In this document: in pieces, positions 12,988 through 25,044 of the stretch
How the letters are laid out: each line of letters starts with the position of its first letter
Position numbering within the stretch: position 1 is the first letter of the stretch
From: Candidatus Stammera capleta
GTDB taxonomy: Bacteria > Pseudomonadota > Gammaproteobacteria > Enterobacterales > Enterobacteriaceae
DNA: 64,000 bases
Assembly (NCBI GenBank): GCA_015134695.1
Contig: CP043987.1
Coordinates: 14,423-78,422 of the forward strand
Direction: 5' to 3'
Made by a program: the position numbers and the translations under genes
The notes under the pieces: model-generated
Database searches by the model: none
What the model was told of the DNA's origin: nothing
Seen by the model: the letters and a program-made list of their open reading frames with translations, nothing else

Positions 12988-13051
12988 TATTACCCTCACT
13001 AAAATTAAATTATTAAAATATAATTCAATTATAAATTATATAAAAAAATAT

Positions 13052-13180
13052 ATGAAAAGAACATATCAGCCTTCTAAAATAAAAAAAAAACGTAAATATG
13101 GATTTATAAAAAGAATGAAAAATAAAAATGGAAGAAGAATACTTTCAAATAAAAGAAAAAAAAAAAGAAAAAAAAAATAA
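13052..13180 (+). CDS. rpmH: 50S ribosomal protein L34
   Basis: [42 protein letters not shown] aligns with E. coli L34 ([31 protein letters not shown]...). Confidence 0.95.
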   Translation: MKRTYQPSKIKKKRKYGFIKRMKNKNGRRILSNKRKKKRKKK

Positions 13181-13541
13181 TAAAAAATTTTTTTTTAGAA
13201 AAAAAAATAGACTTAAATATAAAAATTATAAATTTAATAAAACAAAAAAATATAAATTTATATTAATAAAATATAATTTTAATAATTTTTTTTATCCTAG
13301 AATAATAATTATTTTAAAAAAAAAATATATTAAATATTCTACTAAAAGAAATTATATTAAAAGAATAATAAAAGAAACATTTAGATTAAAACAATATAAA
13401 TTAAAAAATTTAGATTATTTAATAATAATTAAAAATAATATTATTAAATTAAAAAAAAAAAATATATTTAATTATTTTAATAAAATATGAAAAAATTTCT
13501 ATAAAAAAAAATTAAAAATAAAAAAAATAATTAAGGATTAA
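13128..13541 (+). CDS. rnpA: RNase P protein component
   Basis: [19 protein letters not shown]...LDYLIII matches the RnpA RNR motif region (ERNRIKRLTRESFRLRQ...MDFVVVA). Continues across TGA (E. coli LEKLW) to TAA 13539-13541. The start is uncertain: the first ATG (13128) overlaps rpmH by 53 nt. Confidence 0.75.
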
Positions 13542-13545
13542 AAAA

Positions 13546-15006
13546 ATGTATTATTATAAATTATTAATATTAATAATATTAGTATTATTAAATAATACTA
13601 TATTAAATATAGGAAAAACAAAAAATATAAATATAAATAAAATATTTAAAAAAAATATATATATAAAAAATAATTTATTTGTTATAAAAATAAATAAAAA
13701 AAATAGTAATATTAAAAGTTTAAATATTTTAAAATACAATAAAAAAATAAATTTTAAAAATAAAAAAAATAATTATAATATAATATCAAAAATTAAAATA
13801 AAAGAAAAAAAAAATAAATTTAAAAAAATTAAATTCAAAATTGATAAAATTATAATAAAAAATAATTATATAAAATTAATATTTAAAAAAAAAAAAAATA
13901 ATATAAAATATATTAAAAAAATTAAAATATATAAAAACTTTTATTATATAAAATATAATTATATTATATATAATAAATCTAAATATAAACATTTTTTTTA
14001 TATAAAAAAAAAAATAATAAAAAATATAAATATTAAAAAAAAAAAAAATAAATATATTTTTATATCATATTCTAATATAGAAAATAATAATAATATAAAT
14101 AAATTTAATATTAATAATATAAACAAAAAAATTAATAAAATAGAAAAAGCAAATTGAATATGTATATTTGAAAAATATTATTTAATTTCATGAATAACAA
14201 ATAATACAAGATATAAAAATATTATAATTAATAAAAAAAATAATAATTATTATATTAAATATAATAAAAAATATTTATTAAAAAAAAATAAAAATATAAA
14301 TATAAAATTTAAATTATTAATATCTCCTAAATTTAATAATTATCTTAACAAGATATCTAAAAATTTAGATTTAACTATAGATTATGGAATATTTTCATTT
14401 ATTACAAAAATTTTATTAAAAATAATATTTAAAATTAACTCTATTACTAAAAATTTAGGTTACTCAATAATAATATTAACAATATTAATAAAAATAATAA
14501 CTTATCCTTTAAGTAAAATTCAATATATTTATTTTTTAAAAATAAATAAATTATATTATAAAATTAATAAAATAAAAAAAAAATATATTAATAAAAAAAA
14601 TAAATTAAATAAAAAAATTACTAATTTATATAAAAAAAATAATATTTATTCAATATTTAATACATTAATTACAATAATTCAAATACCAATATTTATATCC
14701 ATATATAATATATTAACTATACCAATAGAATTTAAAAAAAAAAAATTTATATTTTGAATAAACGATTTATCTAAAAATGATAAATATTATTTACTACCTT
14801 TTATTACATCAATATCTTTATATTTAATATATATTAATAATAATAATAATAAAAATTATTTAAATATAATAATATCAATATTATTTGGAATATTTTTAAT
14901 TAATCTTCCAAGTGGTTTATTAATACATTATATATTTAATAATATTATTACATTTATACAACAAAAAATTATCTTAACAACATTGGTAAAAAAAAATGGA
15001 ATATAA
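13546..15006 (+). CDS. yidC: Membrane protein insertase YidC
   Basis: AAGGA 8 nt upstream of the ATG. ORF 13546-14157 continues through TGA codons. The conserved core is LGYSIIILTILIKIITYPLS...IIQIPIFISIYNIL...F-W-INDLS...LPSGLLIHY. TAA at 15004-15006; 486 aa. Confidence 0.85.
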
Positions 15007-16396
15007 TTATGATACAATAATAGCTCAATCTACTCCTATAGGTTATGGAGGGATAGGAATAATAAGAATATCAGGAAAAAAATCAAAAAAAATATTATTA
15101 AAATTAACAGGAAAAATAACTAAAAATAGGTATGCAGAATATATACATATAAAAAATAAAAATAATTTAATAATAGATTATTGTATAATAATATTTTTTA
15201 AATCACCAAATTCATATACAGGAGAAAATATTTTAGAAATACATTGTCATGGTGGACAAAAAATAATAGAATTAATTATAAAATCTATAATAAATTTTAA
15301 TATTAAAAATGTTAGATTAGCTTATCAAGGAGAGTTTACTGAAAGAGCATTTTTAAATAATAAAATAGATTTAATTCAAGCAGAATCAATAAAAAATATA
15401 ATATATGCTAAATCTGAAAATAGTATATTTAATGCTACAAAATTATTCAAAGGATATTTATCTAAAAAAATAATAAATATTATTAATATAATAAAAAAAA
15501 ATTTAATATTAATAGAAAAAGAAATAGATTTTTCAGAATATCATAATAATATTAAAAAAATAAATTTAATTAAAAAAAATATTTTTTTAATTTATAAAAA
15601 TATAAAAAATATATTTAATAAATATAAAAAAAAATCATATTTTAAAAATGGAATAAAAACAGTAATAATAGGTAAACCTAACGTAGGAAAATCAAGTTTA
15701 ATTAATAAAATAACTTGTAAAGATACTTCTATAGTTACAAATATACCAGGAACAACTAGAGATATAATAAAAGAATATATTAATATTAATGATATAGAAA
15801 TGGAAATAATAGATACTGCTGGAATCCATAAAACAACTAATATAATAGAAAAAATAGGTATAAAAAAAACATGAAAAATAATTAAAAAATCTAAAATAAT
15901 AATATTCATGGAAAATGCTTTATATACAAATGAAATTCAAATAATTAATATATATAAAAAAATAATACTTAATAAAATAAAAAAATATAAAGATAAAATT
16001 CATATTTTAATATTAAATAAAATAGATTTAATTAAAAAAAATATAAAAATTTTAAATAATAATAAATTATTTAATATAATAAATATGTCTATTAAAAATA
16101 ATTATGGTATTAATAAATTATTTAAAATAATAAAAAAAAAAATTAAAAATATTAATAATAATAATTATTTTTTAGATAATAAAAGACATATAATTATAAT
16201 AAAAAATATTCTATATTATATAAAAAAATGTATTAACATAATAAAAATAACAAATTCTAATAATATTAATATTGATTTAATATATGAATATTTATTTTTA
16301 ATTCAAAAAAAATTATATGAATTTATAGGAAAAAAAGAAATAACTTCTAAAAAAATAATTAGAAATATATTTTCTAAATTTTGTATAGGAAAATAA
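14996..16396 (+). CDS. mnmE: tRNA modification GTPase MnmE
   Basis: ORFs 14996-15874 and 15908-16396 are in the same frame, joined across one TGA. G domain GKPNVGKSSLIN...DTAG, C-terminal FCIGK tetrapeptide; 466 aa. Overlaps the yidC end by 11 nt. Confidence 0.9.
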
Positions 16397-16412
16397 TATT
16401 TTTAAATACAAT

Positions 16413-17354
16413 ATGCTATTTTTAATAAAAAATAATATTAAAAAATATAGAGTAGATTTTATTATATCTAAAAAAATAAAAAATATATCAAGAAATAAAA
16501 TAAAAAATATTATATTAAAAAATGGAATTTATATTAACAATATATTAATATATAAACCAAATAAAAAAATTAATATAGGAGATATAATTAAAATATATAT
16601 TAAAAAAAAAACAAAAAAATATATACCTAATAAAAATGTTTTATTAAATAAAGTATATGAAGATAAATATTTATTAATAATTAATAAAAAAAAAGGAATA
16701 ATAGTACATCCAGGAAATAAACATGAAAATGATACATTATTAAATAAATTATTATATAAATATAAATATATAAATAAAATTACAAGATGTGGAATTGTAC
16801 ATAGATTAGATAAAAATGTTACAGGATTATTAATTATAGCTAAAAAAAAAAAATCTTATAAAAAATTGATTAAAAAATTCAAAAAAAAAAAAATAATTCG
16901 TATATATAAAACATTAGTAATAGGTAATATAAATAATAAATCAGGTAAAATAAAAACATTTATTTCAAGAAATAAATATAATAGAACTATTATGTGTATA
17001 AGTAAAACTGGAAAAATTGCAATAACAAAATATAAAATTATAGAAAAATTTAATTATTGTACATTTTTAAAAATTAAATTAGAAACAGGAAAAACCCATC
17101 AAATAAGATTACATATGAATTATATAAATAATCCTATAATAGGAGAAAAAATATATACAAAAAAAAATACAATAAAAAAATATAAAGTACCTAAAATTAT
17201 CTTAAATAAAATTAATAATTTTAAGGATACTGCTTTACATGCATCAACTTTAATATTTAAACATCCAATAAATAATAACAAAATAATATTTAATTCACCA
17301 TTACCTTATAGTATGATGGAACTATTATATTTATTAAGAAATAAAAATAATTAA
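16413..17354 (+). CDS. rluD: RluA-family 23S rRNA pseudouridine synthase with N-terminal S4 domain (RluD-like)
   Basis: Intact 313-aa ORF. Catalytic motif HRLDKNVTGLLIIAKK, plus GKTHQIRLH. Confidence 0.7.
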   Translation: MLFLIKNNIKKYRVDFIISKKIKNISRNKIKNIILKNGIYINNILIYKPNKKINIGDIIKIYIKKKTKKYIPNKNVLLNKVYEDKYLLIINKKKGIIVHPGNKHENDTLLNKLLYKYKYINKITRCGIVHRLDKNVTGLLIIAKKKKSYKKLIKKFKKKKIIRIYKTLVIGNINNKSGKIKTFISRNKYNRTIMCISKTGKIAITKYKIIEKFNYCTFLKIKLETGKTHQIRLHMNYINNPIIGEKIYTKKNTIKKYKVPKIILNKINNFKDTALHASTLIFKHPINNNKIIFNSPLPYSMMELLYLLRNKNN

Positions 17355-17776
17355 TAATTTAATTTTAATCATCTTTCTAAGATATAAACTGCGGATATGG
17401 TATGTATATCACAATTTGAATAAAAAGAATTATATATATCATAATTATAATATATAAAATTTCTAGCTTCATACGAAGTAAAACATTCATCAATAAAAAA
17501 AATTTTTAAATTAAATTTATTTATTAAATTCAAAGCAAATTTCTTAATATAAATTTTAATTAATTTACATTTATTTTTTTTAATATAATTATATGGATAA
17601 CCTACTACTGCTTTTTTAATCATCCATATATCTAAAATTTTTTTTATATCCATTCAATTAACTGGTATACCATTTTTTGCTGGAATAGATATAATAGGAT
17701 TTGCAGTTTTTGTATAAAATTGTCCTATTGCTACACCTATATTTTTCATACCAAAATCAAAAGAAATAATAAACAT
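17351..17776 (-). CDS. ruvX: Putative pre-16S rRNA nuclease / Holliday-junction-resolvase-like protein YqgF
   Basis: ATG 17776: [19 protein letters not shown]...PVN-W(TGA)-MDIKK... (ORF 17369-17653) ...AVYILER-W-LKLNY*; 141 aa. The 3' end overlaps the rluD stop by 4 nt (convergent). Confidence 0.75.
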
Positions 17777-18261
17777 ATAATATTAAATATTTTTTAAATA
17801 TTAATTTTTTAAAAAAAAAAAATTTTTTATATATATACAAATATATATAAATAATATCATATATATATAATATATATATAATTAAATTTTAATAAAAATA
17901 TTATAAAATATAAATAAAATAATTAAAAGATAAATAATTAACTTTTTATTATTAAAATAATCATTTATTTTTTTAAAATATAATTTTTTAATAAAATAAA
18001 TAAAATATATTAATATAAATACTTTATATATATATATATAAAATATAAAATATAATAATATACATTTATAATATATATTAAATTATTTTAAAAAGAAATA
18101 TTTTATATTATATATACAATATATAAATATTGTGTCTGTAAAAAATAAAAAAATATTAATTTTTATTAATATAAATAAAAATTAATTATAAAAAAAAATA
18201 AAAAATTATAATATATAATAATATATATATAAAAAATATAAAAAAAAAATATAATATAAAT
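17777..18261. other. 485-bp almost pure A/T non-coding spacer between divergent ruvX and sufB
   Basis: The track shows no ORF of 60 aa or more in any frame. Very few G/C; (TA)8 at about 18025-18040. Much longer than typical spacers here (1-100 bp). Confidence 0.6.
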
Positions 18262-19653
18262 ATGTCATATCAAAAAAATAATAAATACATATATAAATAT
18301 GGTTTTATAACTAAAAATATAAGTAATGACATTATAAAAAAAGGTTTAAATAAAAATATAATAATAGAAATTTCAAAAAAAAGAAACGAACCAAAATGAA
18401 TGTTAAGATTGAGATTAAAAGCATTCTATATATGAAAAAAAATGAAAGAACCAAAATGATTTAATGGTAAATATAAAAAAATTAATTTTCAAAAAATAAA
18501 ATATTATTCTGCACCTAAAAAAAATAATAAAAATTCAAAAAAAAAAATTAAAAAAACATTTAATAAACTAGGTATAAATTTAAATAATAAAAATAATTTA
18601 GCAATAGATGCAATATTTGATTCTATTTCATTTAATACAACATATAAAAATAAATTATCTAAATTAGGAATAATATTTTGTTCTATTAAAGAAGCAATAA
18701 ATAAATATCCTAAATTAGTTAAAAAATATATTTGTAAAATTGTTCCTATAAATGACAATTTTTTTTCTACATTAAATTTATCTGTTTTATCAGATGGAAC
18801 TTTTATATACATACCAGAAAACATAAAATGTCCAATCAATATATCATCATATTTTAGAATAAATTCCAAAAATCTTGGTCAATTTGAAAGAACATTAATA
18901 ATTTTAAAAAAAAATAGTTATTTAAATTATATAGAAGGATGTTCTGCATCAAAAAGAAATAACTATCAATTACATGCTGCAGTAGTTGAAATAATATTAT
19001 ATGATAATGCAAAAATTAAATATTCAACTATACAAAATTGATATCCAGGAAATAAATCAAAAAATGGAGGTATATATAATATTGTAACTAAAAGAGCTTT
19101 ATGTAAAGGTAAAAATAGTAAAATTTCTTGAATACAAATAGAAAAAGGAGCAAAAATAACATGAAAATATCCAAGTGCTATACTTTTAGGTAATAATTCT
19201 TCAGGTAATTTCTATTCTTTATCTTTAACTAAATTAAATCAACAAACAGATACTGGAACAAAAATGATACATATAGGAAAAAATACTAAATCTATTATAT
19301 TAGCAAAAAATATAGCATTAGATTATAGTAAAAATACTCATAGAAGTATAGTAAAAATAAATAAAAAATCTAAAAAATCTAAAAATTTTACACAATGTAA
19401 TTCTTTAATAATAGGAAAAAATAGTTCAGTATATACTATACCGTATATACAAACAAAAAATAAATATTCTACTATTGAACATGAAACATATTCTTCATAT
19501 ATAAAAGAAAAACAAATATTTTATCTTTTACAAAGAGGAATAAATAAAAAAGATGCAATTAATATGATAATTAATGGTTTTTGTGAAAATATTATAAATA
19601 TGCTACCTATAGAATATTCTATAGAAATTAAACAAAATCTTTTAAATTATTAA
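18262..19653 (+). CDS. sufB: Fe-S cluster assembly scaffold SufB
   Basis: ATG 18262 is in frame with track ORF 19264-19653 when TGA is read as Trp. It contains ...FERTLIILKKNSYLNYIEGCSA...LHAAVVEI...TIQN-W-YPG...YNIVTKRALC... typical of SufB; 463 aa. The antisense ORF 18504-18869 is a shadow. Confidence 0.9.
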
Positions 19654-19669
19654 TATATATAATATATAT

Positions 19670-20425
19670 ATGTGTAAATTACAATTTAAAAATGTTAATA
19701 TTGAAATAAATAAAAAAAAAATAATTAATAACTTAAATTTAAAAATAAAAAATAATGAAATACATATTTTAATGGGACCAAATGGTTCAGGTAAAAGTAC
19801 TATATCATTAGCTTTAGCTGGTAATAAAAAATATAAAATTACTAAAGGAAAAATTATATTTAATAATATTATTATTAATAATTTCTCTGTAGAGAAAAGA
19901 GCAAAAATAGGATTATTTATATCCTTTCAAGAAAATATTGAAATATCAGGTTTAAATAACGAATATTTTTTACATCAATCTATGAATTCAATACGCAAAT
20001 ATAATAATAAAAAAGTATTAAATATTATAGAAACAAAAAAAAAAATATATAAAAACCTTAAAATTTTAAATTTTTCAAAAAAATTTTTAAAAAGATCATT
20101 AAATAAAGGATTTTCAGGAGGAGAAAAAAAAAAAAATGATATATTACAAATATTATTACTTAAACCTAAAATAATAATTTTAGATGAAATAGATTCTGGT
20201 TTAGATATAGATAATTTAAATTTAATATTAAATATAATTAACAAATTAAAAAAAAAAAAATCTTTTTTAATAATAACACATAATCCTAAAATAATTAAAA
20301 TATTAAAAACTGATTTTATTCATATTTTATATAATGGAAAAATAATAAAAAATAATAATAAAAATATTATAAAATTTATTGAAAATAATGGTTATGAAAA
20401 ATTTATTAAAAAAAAAAACATTTAA
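19670..20425 (+). CDS. sufC: Fe-S cluster assembly ATPase SufC
   Basis: Intact 251-aa ORF. Walker A GPNGSGKST, ABC signature FSGGEKKK, Walker B ILDEIDSGLD. Confidence 0.9.
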   Translation: MCKLQFKNVNIEINKKKIINNLNLKIKNNEIHILMGPNGSGKSTISLALAGNKKYKITKGKIIFNNIIINNFSVEKRAKIGLFISFQENIEISGLNNEYFLHQSMNSIRKYNNKKVLNIIETKKKIYKNLKILNFSKKFLKRSLNKGFSGGEKKKNDILQILLLKPKIIILDEIDSGLDIDNLNLILNIINKLKKKKSFLIITHNPKIIKILKTDFIHILYNGKIIKNNNKNIIKFIENNGYEKFIKKKNI

Positions 20426-21350
20426 TATAAAATCTATAAAAATAATAATATTTAATAAATATAAAATATATATTAATAAAAAAAATAAAAATATTATTAA
20501 GTATAATATAATTAATAAAAATATTAATATATTAATTAATAAAAATAAAAATATATTACTACCAATATATATAATACATATTAATAAATATATAGATAAT
20601 AGTATTAATAATATTAATATTGTTATAAAAAAAAATAATAATATTTTTATTATTGAAGAATATATATTTAAATATAAAAAAAATAAATTTATAAATTATA
20701 ATTATAATTTATTTTTAAATAAAAATACAAAATTAAATTATATTTTATTAATAAATTTAAATAAAAATATACATTTTATATATAATAAAAATACTATATT
20801 AAAAAGAAAAGCAAAATATAAAGAAACAATTATTTCTATTAATGCAAAAAAAATATTTTTATATAATAAATTTAATTTATATAAATATACTTATATAAAA
20901 ATAAAAAATATATCTATAATTAAAAAAAAAAATTTTTTCTATTATAAAACTTATATTACACATATAAGTTCTGAATCTAAAAGTTATCAAAAACATAAAA
21001 ATATTATTTTATCTTCAGGAATAGTAAAATTTATCACAATTATAAATATACTAAAAAAATCTTATAATACAATAGTTAATTTAAAAAATAATAATTTATG
21101 TTTTAATAACCCAAAATTAATAATTTCTAAACCACAATTAAATATTTTAAATTATAAAAATAAATGTAAACATCAAATAAATATTAATAAAATAGATAAA
21201 AAAATAATATTTTATTTATTTTCTAGAGGTTTAAACAAATATAAAATAAAAAAAATATTAAATATAATATTTATTAAAAAAATCATAAATATAAAAAAAT
21301 ATAAATATATAAATAATAAAATATATAAAATAATTTTTAAAAAAATATAA
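20379..21350 (+). CDS. sufD: Fe-S cluster assembly protein SufD (shortened)
   Basis: 323-aa ORF between sufC and sufS. The C-terminal IIFYLFSRGLNKYKIKKIL resembles the SufB/D motif (LFYLRSRGI). The start is uncertain; the first ATG overlaps sufC by 47 nt. Confidence 0.65.
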   Translation: MKIMVMKNLLKKKTFNIKSIKIIIFNKYKIYINKKNKNIIKYNIINKNINILINKNKNILLPIYIIHINKYIDNSINNINIVIKKNNNIFIIEEYIFKYKKNKFINYNYNLFLNKNTKLNYILLINLNKNIHFIYNKNTILKRKAKYKETIISINAKKIFLYNKFNLYKYTYIKIKNISIIKKKNFFYYKTYITHISSESKSYQKHKNIILSSGIVKFITIINILKKSYNTIVNLKNNNLCFNNPKLIISKPQLNILNYKNKCKHQININKIDKKIIFYLFSRGLNKYKIKKILNIIFIKKIINIKKYKYINNKIYKIIFKKI

Positions 21351-21355
21351 AAAAA

Positions 21356-22588
21356 ATGAATTATAATATAAAAAAAATAAAATTAGATTTTCCAATTTTA
21401 AAAAAAAAAATAAATAAAAAAAAAATTATATATTTAGATAATGCTTCTACAACTCATAAACCAAAAATAGTAATCAAAAATCAAAGTAAATTTTACAAAA
21501 ATTATTATTCATCAGTAAATAGAAGTATATACACATTAAGTAATTATAATTCTAATAAAATAGAATCAACTAGAATTAAAATATCTAAATTTATAAATTC
21601 TAAATCTCCTGAAGAAATAATATTTACTAATAATAGTACAGAATCATTTAATTTTCTAGCAAATAGTTTATCTAAAGAAATAATAAAAAAAAATGATAAT
21701 ATTATTTTATCTATTATTGAACACCATTCTAATATTGTTCCATGATATATATTATCTAAAGAAAAAAAATTTAAAATTAAAATATTAAAAATTAATAAAA
21801 AAGGAATATTAGATATTAATAATTTAAATAAATTAATTGACAAAAATACTAAAATAATTTCTATATCTCATATATCAAATGTATTAGGTATAATTAATCC
21901 AATTTATAAAATAATAAAAATAGCAAAAGAAAATAATATTATTACTATAATAGATGGTACACAAATTATTTGTCATAAAAAAATTAATGTACAAAAAATA
22001 AATTGTGATTTTTATATATTTTCAGGACATAAAATGTATGCTCCCACAGGAACAGGAATAATTTATGGTAAAAAAAAAATTTTAAATAATTTACCTTTAT
22101 GAAAAACAGGTGGAGGAATAATATCTAATATAAATATTGATAAAAATAATATAAATAATATTCAATTTATAAATTCACCTTGAAAATTTGAATCTGGTAC
22201 ACCTAATATTGAATCTATTATAGGATTAGGAAATGCTATAAAATATATAAATAATATAGGTATAAATAATATAATTGATCATGAAAAAAAAATTATTAAA
22301 TATACATTAAACAAATTAAATAATTTACCATTTATAAAAATATATGGATGCAAAAAAAAATTAAATATTATATCATTTAATATAAAAAATATTCATTGTT
22401 ATGATATAGGTATGTTATTAAATCAATATAATATATTCATTAGAACTGGGAACCAATGTGCTATACCTATAATAAAATGATATAATACTTCAGGTGTATG
22501 TAGAATATCAACTGCAATGTACACATCTAAAAAAGATATTAGTATATTTATACACAAATTAAAAAAAATTATAAATTTATTAAAATAA
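21356..22588 (+). CDS. sufS: Cysteine desulfurase SufS
   Basis: MNYNIKKIKLDFPIL...IYLDNASTTHKP...IEHHSNIVP-W(TGA)-... The frame is open to TAA 22586-22588 under table 4. It contains SGHKMYAPTGTG and RTGNQCAIP; 410 aa. Confidence 0.9.
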
Positions 22589-22591
22589 ATT

Positions 22592-23020
22592 ATGTTTTTA
22601 AATTTAAAATCAAAAAAAAAAATTATTAAAGATATTAATTTTTTAAAAAAATACAAAGAACAATTAATATATTTAATAGAATTAGGTAATATTATTCCTT
22701 TAAATAATAATAATATACGTAAAAACAAATATATTATATATGAGTGTCAAAGTAATATATGATTAAAAATTAAAAAAAAAAAAAATAATATTTCTATAAA
22801 TGGAGATAGTAACTCTTTAATTATAAAAGGATTATTAACTATAATAATATCTTATTTACATAATAAAAATATAAAAAATATAAAAATCAAAAATATAAAA
22901 AATATATTTAAAAAAATAAATTTTTTTAAAAAATTAATATTTTCTAAAACAATAGGTATTAAATCAATAATAAATTATATAGAAAAAAAAATATTTTTTT
23001 TTAAAAAAAAAATTATATAA
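22592..23020 (+). CDS. sufE: Sulfur acceptor SufE
   Basis: 142 aa. YECQSNI-W(TGA)-LKI aligns with the SufE active-site GCQSQVW. DSNSLIIKGLL aligns with DSDAAIVKGL. Confidence 0.8.
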
Positions 23021-23115
23021 AAATATATAATATTATTGATATATAAAATATATATTTATAAAAATTATAATATAATTATATGTATTTTATATACATAATT
23101 TAAACTTTAAAAAAA

Positions 23116-24642
23116 ATGTTATTCAATATAATTAAAATTACTATATTAAATTTATTTTCAAAAATTATAAGTTTTATAAAAGATATATTAATAGCGAATA
23201 TTTTTGGAATTAGTTTAAAAACTGATGCTTTTTATACTGCATTTAAATTATCAAATATATTAAGAAGAATTTTTGCAGAAGGAGCTTTTTCATATGTATT
23301 TATTCCAATATTAAGTAAATATAAAACAAAAAAAAATAAAAATAAAATTAGAAATTTTATATCTTCAATATATTATATATTATTTACAATATTAATAATA
23401 ATTAGTTTTATTTTTATAATATATTCAAATAAAATAATAAATATAATGGTTCCTGGTTTTATAAAAAATAAAACAAAATTTAATTTAACAAATAAATTAT
23501 TAAAAATAACATTTCCATATATTATATTAATATCTTTAACATCTTTATTATCATCAATATTTAATGTATGAAATATATTTTTATTATCAATATTAAATCC
23601 AATTATATTAAATTTAACTATTATATTTTTTATTTTATTTATAATAAAATATTTATATTTTTCAATATATTATTTATCATGATCTATTATTACAGGAGGA
23701 ATATTACAATTATTATTTCAAAAAATAAATTTAAAAAAAATAAATATAAAAATATCATTTAAATATATATATATATATAATAAAGGAGTAATTAAAATAT
23801 TTAATAAAATAATACCTATTATAATAATTACATCAATATATCAAATATCACAGATTATCAATAATAATATAGCTTCATACTTTAAAATAGGATCAATATC
23901 ATGAATATATTATGCTGATAAATTAATTGAATTACCTTTAAGTATACTTGGTAATACTATAAATACAATCTTATTATCAAAATTATCTAAAAATTATTAT
24001 AAAAATAATTTTAAAAAATATAATAGTACAATTAATAAATGTTTAAAAATAATATTATTAATTGGTATACCTATATCAATAATATTAATATATTTATCTA
24101 AAATTATAATTATAACTTTATTTAAATATGGAAAATTTAATATATTAGATATAATTATGATATCTAAAATTTTAATAAGTTATACAATAGGATTAGTTAG
24201 TTTTATAATTATAAAAATATTAAATACTTGTTTTTATTCAAGAAATAATATATATATTCCTATTAAAATAGCAATATATACTATATTAATTAATCAATTA
24301 ATTAATATATTTACATTAAAAATATTTAAAAATTCAGGATTAGCTTTATCAATAAGTATATCATCATATATAATTTCAATAATATTTATATTACAATTAA
24401 GAAAAAAAAAAATTATAAATAATAAATTTAAATGAAAAAATTTTTTTTATAAAATATTATTTTCATGTAGTATAATGATATTTATATTAAAATATTTAAT
24501 TAAAGAAATAATATTTAACTTTATTAATCTGAATATAAAATTCAGACTAATAAAATTATTTACTATATTAATAATAAGTATTATAACTTATATTAGTATA
24601 TTATTAATATCCGGTTTAAAATTTACAAAAATATTTAAATAA
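23116..24642 (+). CDS. murJ: Lipid II flippase MurJ
   Basis: ORFs 23116-23571 and 24157-24435 share a frame that stays open across TGA codons. KDILIANIFGISLKTDAFYTAFKLSNILRRIFAEGAFSYVFIPIL and S-W-IYYADKLIELPLSILG are MurJ signatures; 508 aa. Confidence 0.9.
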
Positions 24643-24679
24643 AATTATTTTTAAAATTTAATATTATTATATATAAATT

Positions 24680-24922
24680 TTATTTATCTAATTTTAAACT
24701 ATTTATACAATCTATTACTGATTGTACAGTACTTATTTTTTCTGCTTTTTCATCTGAAATCTCTATATCAAATTCTTCTTCTAATGCCATAATTAATTCA
24801 ATAACATCTAAAGAATCAGCACCTAAATCATTAATAAAATGTTTATCATTACTTATATCTTCTAATTTAACATTTAATTGATCACTAATAATTTTTTTAA
24901 TACGATCTTCTATACTTGACAT
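24680..24922 (-). CDS. acpP: Acyl carrier protein
   Basis: [18 protein letters not shown]...[25 protein letters not shown] placed the start at the internal Met that matches the ACP N-terminus; the 24-codon upstream extension in the track is rejected. Confidence 0.95.
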   Translation of the reverse strand: MSSIEDRIKKIISDQLNVKLEDISNDKHFINDLGADSLDVIELIMALEEEFDIEISDEKAEKISTVQSVIDCINSLKLDK

Positions 24923-25044
24923 ATTTAAATAACCCAAAAAAAAATTTTTAAAATTTTTAATAATAATATTATTTATATTTAAAATAATATACATAATAAA
25001 TTTTATACATATTTTATAAATTTTTCAAATAAAATTATAATAAA

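Noticed and set aside
13546-14400. Highly repetitive K/N/I-rich sequence that superficially resembles tandem repeats or a CRISPR-like periodic array.
   Set aside because: There are no exact direct repeats with unique spacers. It is the low-complexity periplasmic domain of yidC, in frame with the conserved insertase core.
18504-18869. 121-aa ORF antisense to sufB. Similar antisense or alternate-frame ORFs lie at 1040-1273, 4686-4940, 13554-13739, 15592-15909, 19975-20244, 21544-21843, 22423-22728, 27041-27403, 28334-28516, 47205-47516, 50270-50485, 56161-56448 and 59374-59622.
   Set aside because: Each lies entirely inside a well-supported gene on the other strand or in another frame. Their products are low-complexity I/F/L/K strings with no recognisable motifs. 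They are typical shadow ORFs of A/T-rich coding DNA.
23079-23097. Weak hairpin TATGTAT-TTTAT-ATACATA after sufE, a possible terminator.
   Set aside because: The stem is 7 bp with a single G:C pair. Such A/T palindromes are expected by chance in this composition, so I did not list it as a feature.
23568-23762. 64-aa ORF in a different frame inside murJ, which could suggest a frameshift.
   Set aside because: The murJ frame itself continues across a TGA (NV-W-NIFLL...) with good MurJ similarity, so no frameshift is needed.
24923-24994. 24-codon N-terminal extension of acpP in the track.
   Set aside because: ACP homologs begin at [10 protein letters not shown]. The extension is low-complexity and has no counterpart.
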